Positions 37,040 to 44,499 of a DNA stretch of 64,000 nucleotides are shown in pieces. Origin of the DNA: Bacteroidota bacterium (lineage in GTDB: Bacteria > Bacteroidota > Bacteroidia > Palsa-965); contig VBWE01000002.1 of assembly GCA_006218065.1 (NCBI GenBank), forward strand, positions 85,973 through 149,972, written 5' to 3'. Under the pieces are notes generated by a model. The model was not told the origin of the DNA and searched no databases. It saw nothing but the letters and a program-made list of their open reading frames with translations. A program made the position numbers and the translations under genes. The stretch's first letter is position 1. Each line of letters starts with the position of its first letter.

Positions 37040-38143
37040 TTATTTTTGTTCCGGTACGAAGAGCTGCCTGAGCTGATCGGAAAGCTGGCTGTTTCCGGAT
37101 ACGGAGATGGTGTTGATTTTCTCCGCGATCTTTTCCACGAATTCCATTTCCTTCAACCTGAACAGCATCTGGTTTTCTTCCATCAGCTTTGCGGTGTTCA
37201 GCAGGCTGCGCGTCGAAGCGGTTTCTTCACGTCTCATGATGGTGTTGGCCTGCGCTTTCTTTTCGGCCACCAGCACGCGGTTCATGATTTCTTTCACTTC
37301 ACCGGGAAGAATAATATCCCGGATACCGCAGTTCAGGATTACCGTACCAAGCGCCTCTGCCTCGGCTGTGATCGTGCTGCGGACAGCATCGGCCACACCG
37401 TCTTTCCGGTCGAGCAGTTCATCGAGCGTAAGTTTGCCGACGAATTCCCTCAGCTTCAGCTGGAGCAGGACGTAAAGCTGCTTTTCGAAATCTTTGTTTT
37501 CGGTGAGCGCTTTTTCCACGTCCTTCACCCGGTACTGGGCGAACATACTCAGTCGCAGGCTGGCTTTGTCGCGGGTCAGCAATTCCTGGCCGGCGATTTC
37601 AAGCTGCACCTGCCGCATATCCGCTTTCAGCACGGCAACCATCGTGTCGTTCTTCCAGAAAAAATAGTTGCCCGGTTCGAGCGTTTGTTCGAGCTTACCG
37701 TTTACCAGGAGCAGACCTTTTTCCCAGGATTCGACCGTGTACACACGGATGAACTGGACCAGTTCCCTGCGCTGGAGCAGGGCAGGACCGAACTCCGCAG
37801 GAATACGGATTTCGTTCGTATCGGCAGTTACGAAATTTCTGTTTACTACGCCTTTCCAGAAAACGTATTTGCCTACCGTGAGAATCGATTTCACGATACC
37901 GTCTTCAAAACGGACGGCGATCTCGTTGTCTTTCACGATCACGACTTCCAGGGCTTCGGCCAGCCCGGCGTTTTTCAGCAAAAGGTTCAGGTCATGCCGC
38001 GACGTAAAGGGCTGCGTCATGTCATATACTTCCACGCGGTCGAACGGGGAGAGGAAGTACAAACCTTCGCGGAGTACTTTTTTCAGCGCGCCGTTCCGGA
38101 ATACCAGTCCGGCTTTGTACGCATTGATTCTTACGATAGTCAT
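37040..38143 (-). CDS. SPFH/Band-7 (slipin-family) protein
   Basis: Three N-terminal GLxFxxG..L.pG.Y.FW repeats; QELLTRDKASLR; IRDIILPGEV; RREETASTRSLLNTAKL. Confidence 0.93.
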   Translation of the reverse strand: MTIVRINAYKAGLVFRNGALKKVLREGLYFLSPFDRVEVYDMTQPFTSRHDLNLLLKNAGLAEALEVVIVKDNEIAVRFEDGIVKSILTVGKYVFWKGVVNRNFVTADTNEIRIPAEFGPALLQRRELVQFIRVYTVESWEKGLLLVNGKLEQTLEPGNYFFWKNDTMVAVLKADMRQVQLEIAGQELLTRDKASLRLSMFAQYRVKDVEKALTENKDFEKQLYVLLQLKLREFVGKLTLDELLDRKDGVADAVRSTITAEAEALGTVILNCGIRDIILPGEVKEIMNRVLVAEKKAQANTIMRREETASTRSLLNTAKLMEENQMLFRLKEMEFVEKIAEKINTISVSGNSQLSDQLRQLFVPEQK

Positions 38144-38174
38144 ATTACTCGGTATTAAAAATTACAGTTCAAAA

Positions 38175-38583
38175 ATCCCGGGTGCAGTTCGGAGTAGCCC
38201 ATCCATTGCAGGGGGGAATCGGCTTGAGCGGAGATTTGCCGTTTTGTTTCGATGAATCGGTTTTATCACTCATCCAAAGAAAACAACGCATGCTTCGCGG
38301 TATCTGCTTTTTCACTGACCCTGGTCCGGATTGTCCTGCCCGCCGGAGCGGACACGACCGGGTTACTCCTCCCCGGCAACCGGTTCTGCCATTTTTATAG
38401 AAGAGGCAGGCTTCTTACCCTGGATTAACAGTCCAGTGCTCTAACCAACTGAGCTATCCGAAAGATGGTCGGAACGGGATTCGAACCCGTGACACTTGGT
38501 GCAGATACAGGTTATACAGACAGCATATTGCCATCGAAAACATCGGGCAACACTGCGGGGCCGTCAAAGACCCGCGCCGGGTT
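38175..38583 (-). ncRNA. Predicted ~410-nt structured RNA or leader containing a permuted tRNA-like domain
   Basis: 5' CCCGGCGCGGGUC (38581-38569) can pair imperfectly with 3' GAACUGCACCCGGG (38190-38177); GUAUCUGC/GCAGAUAC long-range helix (38508-38501 with 38307-38300); at least five local hairpins; no credible ORF. Confidence 0.7.
38418..38493 (-). ncRNA. Circularly permuted tRNA-Asn(GUU)-like domain with loop-capped acceptor stem
   Basis: Minus strand: GUC ACGGG-UUCGAAU-CCCGU UCCGA-CCAUCUU-UCGGA UA GCUC-AGUUGGUUA-GAGC A CUGGA-CUGUUAA-UCCAG GG. Confidence 0.9.
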
Positions 38584-38623
38584 CATGCATAGCTGTGATC
38601 AGCGGTGCAAAGGTTTCCGGAAA

Positions 38624-38644
38624 CTGCGCAAGCTACCTGCGCAG
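38624..38644 (-). promoter_or_regulatory. Palindromic operator upstream of the ncRNA-SPFH unit (candidate WYL box 2)
   Basis: CTGCGCA-agctacc-TGCGCAG; 13 nt from a minus-strand TTTG (38608-38611), the same geometry as box 1. Confidence 0.8.
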
Positions 38645-38726
38645 CAAATGTTTTTCCGGAAAAACAATTTAAAATGCTGGTAATGAAGCGGAAAAAATGC
38701 ACCTGGTTCCGGGCAGCAGGATTAAT

Positions 38727-38746
38727 TACGCAAGTACATTGCGCAG
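38727..38746 (+). promoter_or_regulatory. Operator upstream of the WYL gene (candidate WYL box 3)
   Basis: TACGCA-agtacat-TGCGCAG; TAtcTTTA -7-like element at 38761-38768. Confidence 0.7.
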
Positions 38747-38787
38747 TTGTCGTGATAGACTATCTTTAAAACAGCAAAAACAAAAGT

Positions 38788-39804
38788 ATGTCCATCAATA
38801 AACTCGCCCTGATCCGTTATAAAACGATCGACAACTGCCTGCAGAACCGTTTCCGGAAATGGACGCTGGAAGACCTGATCGAAGCCTGTTCGGAAGCGGT
38901 GTACGAATACGAAGGCATTACATCCGGCGTGAGCCGGCGGACCGTGCAGCTCGATATCCAGAACATGCGCAGCGAAAAACTGGGTTATAATGCACCGATC
39001 ATCGTAACGGATAAAAAATATTACAGCTACGAAGAAAAGAACTACAGCATCACGAATACGCCGCTCACGCAGCAGGATCTCGGAACGCTGAATGAGGTGC
39101 TCGGTGTGCTGAAGCAGTTCAAGGGTTTCGGTTATTTCCAGGAACTGACGGGCATGGTTACACGGCTGGAAGATAAACTGTACAAGCAGCAGCACAAAGG
39201 CCGTTCGTACATCGACTTCGAGAAAAACGAATTACTGAAAGGACTCAGCTACATCGATCCGCTGCACAAAGCGATTCTCGCGAAAAAAACGATCGAGTTG
39301 GTTTATAAATCCTTCAAAGCGAAAGACGCCAGCACGATCGTTTTTTATCCATACCTGCTTAAAGAATACCGCAACCGCTGGTTCATACTGGGCTCCAACG
39401 TGAAAGGCCGCCGCGCGCTGATCCTCGCACTCGACCGTATCGAACAGATGCGCGAACTGGAATCGGTGAAGTATGTTAAATGCGCGTTTGATGTAAGCAC
39501 GTACTTTGATGATACGATCGGGGTTTCCAAAGTCCCCAACCAGAAAGCGCAGCTCATCGTGATGCAGATCAACAACGAACATGCGCCGTATGTGATCACC
39601 AAGCCGATGCACCACAGCCAGCAGGTTTTAAAACAGGACGCCGCAGGCATGATCTTCTCCATCGAAGTGATCTGGAATTTCGAACTGGAGCGCGAAATTC
39701 TCGGTATGGGCGAAAACCTGAAAGTCCTCAGTCCGCGCAGGCTCGCCGGGAAAATCCAGTCGAGGATGAAACGGGCTGCAGAGCATTACCGGGATAAAAG
39801 ATAA
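38788..39804 (+). CDS. wHTH-WYL-WCX transcriptional regulator
   Basis: VSRRTVQLDIQNMR HTH; FYPYLLKEYRNRWFILG; ALDRI; TKPMHHSQ; LKVLSP. Confidence 0.96.
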   Translation: MSINKLALIRYKTIDNCLQNRFRKWTLEDLIEACSEAVYEYEGITSGVSRRTVQLDIQNMRSEKLGYNAPIIVTDKKYYSYEEKNYSITNTPLTQQDLGTLNEVLGVLKQFKGFGYFQELTGMVTRLEDKLYKQQHKGRSYIDFEKNELLKGLSYIDPLHKAILAKKTIELVYKSFKAKDASTIVFYPYLLKEYRNRWFILGSNVKGRRALILALDRIEQMRELESVKYVKCAFDVSTYFDDTIGVSKVPNQKAQLIVMQINNEHAPYVITKPMHHSQQVLKQDAAGMIFSIEVIWNFELEREILGMGENLKVLSPRRLAGKIQSRMKRAAEHYRDKR

Positions 39805-39946
39805 AAAACAGTATTCGTAGAAACTGTTTAACCCTGATAGCTATCGGGATCCTGCGGAATGAAGCGTGCTCCCAACTCCGAACTGGTAAAACAGACGTAT
39901 TGGATCGTTTACCTGTATTTCCACGAGCATAATTTTAAACAACTTC

Positions 39947-41008
39947 TTACTTCCCGTCGTTCTTGATGAAGTTTCTCAGGTCATCTTTCTCGCTGCTGAA
40001 TGTCAGCTCGTCCACCAGTTTATAGTAGTTGTTTTTGTCGGTGCATTTGGCGTAAAGCGATTTGAACGTGGAGAGCTTTTCGGTACCGAACGGAAATTCT
40101 TTCGAGATCGTGCGGATCTGCGCCACGCTGAAGCAGCGGTCTTTGGCGAGCAGTTTCACGATGCCCATTTTATCGTCGGCAAAATGTTTCGCCTGGATGT
40201 CTTTCAGGATGCCGTTGAAATCAGGATCAGTAACCAGGCAGACCGGCGGCGGCGGCGTGAGATACGCTTTGGCATAGTTGATCCATTCATTCTGCGAAGC
40301 CGTCGTCGAAAACAAAACGATACCGCTTTGGTAGTTTTCCTGGTCGTACACGCGGGCGAAAGTGTTCATCAGCACCCGCAGCTTCAGCGATTCCGACTGC
40401 ATCAGCGAGGTGAGTTTCATGATATGCGCAAAAGCCAGGCAGTGCTGATCCGCCGCGGTTTGTATGGCTACGTATTTCGATTCATCCGTAGGCTGGATAA
40501 AAACATTTTGTGCGATGGTTTTGAAAGACTCTTCCGAAACCACCGGGCCGGTGCAGCCTGTTTTCCCTTTATAAGGACTGAAGCCCGGGTAAGCATAATT
40601 GGGAAACACGGGAGTCTGTACGATTGAAACCGGCGTGACTACTGCGACCGTTTTTTTGTTTACATAATCATACAAACGGAAAGCCCATGAAAACGTTCCG
40701 AAGGCATCGTACACATCGAAAAAATTTGCCGGGTCGGTGGTATGCGCATAGGCTGTTTTGCAGAAATCAAGGCGATACGAATCTTCTGTGAAAAGCATGG
40801 CGAGATTTTTCACCTGGGCCGATGTAAAACAATTGCTGCTTGCGAACGGAAGCGCTTTATTCAGTTTTTGCTGGTTGCTCTGCTGTATCGCGATCTGGTT
40901 GAACCCGCTCTGGAACAAAGCGTCCGAAATCGGGTTGGTGCAATTTTGCGAATACCCGAAACGGGCGAAGAGCAGGCAGAATAAAATGACGGGAGTAAAG
41001 TTTTTCAT
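39947..41008 (-). CDS. Exported protein with about three DUF4476-like repeats
   Basis: Repeats of C.FTSAQV..L...F..D..RL...K.AY....D..N. Confidence 0.8.
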   Translation of the reverse strand: MKNFTPVILFCLLFARFGYSQNCTNPISDALFQSGFNQIAIQQSNQQKLNKALPFASSNCFTSAQVKNLAMLFTEDSYRLDFCKTAYAHTTDPANFFDVYDAFGTFSWAFRLYDYVNKKTVAVVTPVSIVQTPVFPNYAYPGFSPYKGKTGCTGPVVSEESFKTIAQNVFIQPTDESKYVAIQTAADQHCLAFAHIMKLTSLMQSESLKLRVLMNTFARVYDQENYQSGIVLFSTTASQNEWINYAKAYLTPPPPVCLVTDPDFNGILKDIQAKHFADDKMGIVKLLAKDRCFSVAQIRTISKEFPFGTEKLSTFKSLYAKCTDKNNYYKLVDELTFSSEKDDLRNFIKNDGK

Positions 41009-41165
41009 GATCTTTTTTCTGGGTATAGACAATTACTGTACCAAAGAACGGATAATATTTGTTTTCGGCAAACGGGAACATCCCGTTTTTACCACTTCCG
41101 GAATCAGGCAAATGGATTTATCTTGCATCGGGATTCGTAAAAAACAATTTCATAAATCAAGCACC

Positions 41166-41795
41166 ATGCCGAAAACAAACTGGCCCTCCGCAGTCAAGCC
41201 CCTGTTGAAAAAATACAAAGGGAAACCGCACCCGCTGGAATACAAAAACATATACCAGCTCGTCGTGATGGTAGTTTTGTCGGCCCAGGATTCGGATAAA
41301 AACATCAACAAGCTCGCTCCCGACCTGTTCAAGGCGTTCCCGAATATGAAAGCGCTGGCCCGGGCGGATGAAGAGGCGCTTTTCCCGTTCATCCGTAAAG
41401 TGCGGAACTTCGGCAATAAAACGAAATGGCTGCTGCAGATTGCGCAAACGGTTAAAGACGACAAAAAAATTCCGCTTACGATGGAAGAGCTGACCGCCCT
41501 GCCGGGTATCGGCCGCAAATCGGCCAACGTAATTATGCGCGGAGCCGGAGTAAAAGCGGAAGGCGTGATCGTCGATCTCCACGTGGTTCGCGTCGCTCCG
41601 CGTATCGGGATCGCGGCGGGAACCGATCCGAAAAAAATCGAAAAACAGATCATGGAAACGATCCCGGGAAAAGACTGGGGTGAAATCGGTATGGCTATTT
41701 CATTCCTCGGGCGCGAAACGTGCAGGCCCACAAATCCCGATCATGCGAAATGCGTGGTGCGGGAATCCTGCGCATTTTTTAAAACCGGGAAATAA
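41166..41795 (+). CDS. nth: Endonuclease III (HhH-GPD glycosylase/AP lyase)
   Basis: VVLSAQ, LPGIGRKSAN, VDLHV; C-terminal cluster motif C-x6-H-x2-C-x5-C. Confidence 0.93.
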   Translation: MPKTNWPSAVKPLLKKYKGKPHPLEYKNIYQLVVMVVLSAQDSDKNINKLAPDLFKAFPNMKALARADEEALFPFIRKVRNFGNKTKWLLQIAQTVKDDKKIPLTMEELTALPGIGRKSANVIMRGAGVKAEGVIVDLHVVRVAPRIGIAAGTDPKKIEKQIMETIPGKDWGEIGMAISFLGRETCRPTNPDHAKCVVRESCAFFKTGK

Positions 41796-41861
41796 CCGGC
41801 GTTCCGTTTTTTTATTAATTTCAGAAATTATTTATCCGTCTTACCCTAAAACAAAATTATT

Positions 41862-42866
41862 ATGCTCATCTGGAGAGGTTCCGGGATTGCTATTCCCATC
41901 GTTATTTTCATCAACTTCCTGATCGTCGGTCTTTGGTATGAAGATCATACGCTCGGCAATTACGCAGAGAACGGCTGGGTTTGTTTTTATTCGGCCATTA
42001 TTACGCTGCTGCACGGACTTCTCGTGCTGCCGAATAAAAAAGATCCGCAGGAAGGCGGGGAAGAACCGCCTGCGTCGCTCAACGATCACTCGTTCTTTTA
42101 TATCCCGGTAATTTTCTGGGCACTTATTCTCGGCGCGCTGAGTGCATACTTCCTGTTTTCAGGTGGCGGCAAACAGGCAAGACCCAAGGCCGGAACCCCG
42201 GTTAAGGAAACGCCGGCAGTGCAGATGAGAACGGTGCACATCCTGAATCCTACCAAAGATTCTTTGCTCGTCGCGATTTCTTCGGCCGCCGGGTATTATA
42301 AAGAAGAGATCATCAAACCGCTTACGTATATCGAGCGGGATCTCGCCGTCGGATCGTACTCATTCGGCGGATTCAATATGCAGGATACGTTCCTGTACAA
42401 ACTTCCGTCGGCCGCCCTGCACAGCGATACCAAGCGCTGCGTGAAAGTGAAAAACAAAAAGGGACAGGAATATTACGAACGGATTCTGCGCGCGCCCACG
42501 CCTTCGAAAAATGATTACGATGATGCCTGGGTGATTGTGGATACGGAACGCAAACTGATTGTGCTGGATGTTACCGCCGTGTGCATAAAAGGAATCACGA
42601 AAGCCCGCGTGGAAGGTGTGGACTGGACGAAAAAGATCGAACAGCAATTCAACGGAAGCGACCTTGCGGAACCTTTGTACGGCAAAGATCCCGGTAAAGG
42701 ATCGTTTACGGTATTGAATATCGGCAAGGATATTCCCGAAAGCATCGGCAACAACGAGCGTGTGTTTATTCTTTTCTCCGCTCCGCCCGACAGGGAACTG
42801 ACCAACGAATACCTGGCGAACAAGGTGGCCAAGCTTTGCCCGGCTATTCCAAAGGAAAAGGAATAA
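41862..42866 (+). CDS. Hypothetical membrane protein
   Basis: MLIWRGSG start, three TM segments, HSFFYIPV..W, soluble C-terminal domain. Confidence 0.8.
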   Translation: MLIWRGSGIAIPIVIFINFLIVGLWYEDHTLGNYAENGWVCFYSAIITLLHGLLVLPNKKDPQEGGEEPPASLNDHSFFYIPVIFWALILGALSAYFLFSGGGKQARPKAGTPVKETPAVQMRTVHILNPTKDSLLVAISSAAGYYKEEIIKPLTYIERDLAVGSYSFGGFNMQDTFLYKLPSAALHSDTKRCVKVKNKKGQEYYERILRAPTPSKNDYDDAWVIVDTERKLIVLDVTAVCIKGITKARVEGVDWTKKIEQQFNGSDLAEPLYGKDPGKGSFTVLNIGKDIPESIGNNERVFILFSAPPDRELTNEYLANKVAKLCPAIPKEKE

Positions 42867-42904
42867 GAAAGCGACTTTCGCTTTTTATCCGCAAGTGTTT
42901 GCGG

Positions 42905-43315
42905 TTAAACGGAAAAATGCCGGTGCATGATTTCCTCCACGATCTCGCCGGTGAGCGGTTTGTTGAGGAAACCGGCGACTTCTTTTATGCCGCTCGCTCT
43001 TTTTTTATCATCCGGGTTTGCGGAGGTGGTTAAAATATAAACCAGCGGATCGTGCTCGCGCGATTTTTTTGATTCGTGAAATTTCTTCAAAAAATCCCAG
43101 CCGCTCATCCCCGGCATATTGAGATCGAGGAAAACAAGATCGGGGTTTTCACAGCCCTCGATTTTAGGGCAATCTAATAATTGAAGGGCCTCTTTTACGG
43201 TTTCGGCAATCTCGATATTTTTCGAAACGGCATGATCTTCCAGGATGATCCTATGCAAAAAATTGGTCGGTTCATCGTCATCAATCAGCAGGATGCAGTC
43301 CAGCTTTTTTGTCAT
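42905..43315 (-). CDS. Single-domain response regulator
   Basis: LLIDDD, FLDLNMP, LTTS, NKPL. Confidence 0.92.
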   Translation of the reverse strand: MTKKLDCILLIDDDEPTNFLHRIILEDHAVSKNIEIAETVKEALQLLDCPKIEGCENPDLVFLDLNMPGMSGWDFLKKFHESKKSREHDPLVYILTTSANPDDKKRASGIKEVAGFLNKPLTGEIVEEIMHRHFSV

Positions 43316-43320
43316 AAGTT

Positions 43321-44490
43321 TTATTTTTTGCGTATTGTTATATAAAACGTACTCCCGGCGCCCGGGTTCGATTCCACCCAAAGATGACCTTCGTGCAGTT
43401 CGGCGATTTTTTTGCAGTGCGCAAGACCGATCCCGTTCCCTTCAAATTCTTTCCGGGTGTGCAGCCTCTGAAAGATGATAAAAATTTTCTCATAAAACTC
43501 AGGTTCAATCCCGATCCCGTTGTCTTTTACGGAAAATTTCCAGTGACGGTTTTCTTCCGTCGCAGCAATTTCGATTTCAGGGGCGGTTTCTTTTTTTCTG
43601 AATTTCAGGGCATTGGTGATGAGATTCTGGAACAGTTGTTTCAGTTCGGTGGGATAAACAGAGAATGCGGGTAAGGGGCGGACGGTGATCCGCGCTTTAT
43701 TTTCCTTTATAACAGTATCCAGGTCAACGAGCAGATCGGCTACCAACTGGTTGCAGTCGGTCATCTCCCGGTGTTTTTCTTTCCCGATCCTCGAATATTC
43801 CAGTAATCCCGTAATAAGCGTGCGCATGCGGTCGGTGGATTTGCTGATATGGTCGAGGTAAAGCAAAGACCTTCCTTCGAGCGTATCCCCGATTTCTTTG
43901 CTAAGCAAAGCGACATAACTGGATGTTGTCCGGAGCGGTTCCTGCAGGTCATGCGAAGCGATATACGCGAATTGCTCCAATTCTTCATTTTTTCTTTTTA
44001 CCACATCGAGGATGTTTTCCAGCTCGCGGTTCGCATCTTCCAGTTCGCGGGTACGTGTCTGAACGCGCTGTTCCAGGTCTTTATTCAGGTCGTAGAGCGC
44101 AATTTCCTGCTGGTGTTTTTCGATGAAGAACTTCACCTTATTGATCAGTATTTCGGGCTGAAACGGCTTGGTAATAAAACTGAAGGCCCCGGATTCATAT
44201 CCTTTAAAAACATTCAGGTTGTCCGTGTAAACGGCGGAGATGAATATAAAAGGCAGGCGCGCTGTTTTTTCTTCTTCCCGCAGGATGCTGGCCAGTTCAT
44301 AACCGTCCATCTCGGGCATTTGTATATCCAGCAGGGCCAAAGCAAAATCGTGGCGCAGGGTGGCTTTCAGCGCGTCGTTGCCGTTCGTGGCTTCCACCAG
44401 TTCCAGGTCGAGGTTTTTCAGCACGGTACGCAGCGCCACCAGGTTCTCTACCTTGTCGTCGACGATTAATATTTTAGGTTTCGTATTCAT
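43321..44490 (-). CDS. REC-histidine kinase hybrid
   Basis: LIVDDK, LLDIQMP; ASHDLQEPLR; NALKF; DNGIG; GIGLA. Confidence 0.95.
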   Translation of the reverse strand: MNTKPKILIVDDKVENLVALRTVLKNLDLELVEATNGNDALKATLRHDFALALLDIQMPEMDGYELASILREEEKTARLPFIFISAVYTDNLNVFKGYESGAFSFITKPFQPEILINKVKFFIEKHQQEIALYDLNKDLEQRVQTRTRELEDANRELENILDVVKRKNEELEQFAYIASHDLQEPLRTTSSYVALLSKEIGDTLEGRSLLYLDHISKSTDRMRTLITGLLEYSRIGKEKHREMTDCNQLVADLLVDLDTVIKENKARITVRPLPAFSVYPTELKQLFQNLITNALKFRKKETAPEIEIAATEENRHWKFSVKDNGIGIEPEFYEKIFIIFQRLHTRKEFEGNGIGLAHCKKIAELHEGHLWVESNPGAGSTFYITIRKK

Positions 44491-44499
44491 ACGCCTGTC

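Noticed and set aside
37046..38158. 370-aa plus-strand ORF antisense to the SPFH gene
   Set aside because: Shadow ORF in codon register with a well-supported gene; no recognisable motifs.
1790..38431. Causal link between the tRNA-Asn att fragment and the tRNA-Asn mimic
   Set aside because: They share loop consensus only; stems differ and they are about 36 kb apart, so it is treated as coincidence.
38418..38493. Ordinary tRNA, or two adjacent intact tRNA genes
   Set aside because: No T arm follows the anticodon arm and no D or anticodon arm precedes the T arm, while the two acceptor half-strands pair with each other.
38175..38583. Two-piece tmRNA, RNase P RNA, or group I/II intron
   Set aside because: A full D stem and anticodon arm are unlike tmRNA. 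I found no GAGGAAAGUCC RNase P core, no group II domain V and no convincing group I P7 elements. A covariance search is still needed.
38182..38683. Short plus-strand ORFs (72 aa each) in the SPFH-WYL gap
   Set aside because: No protein-like features; they overlap the structured RNA and operator on the opposite strand.
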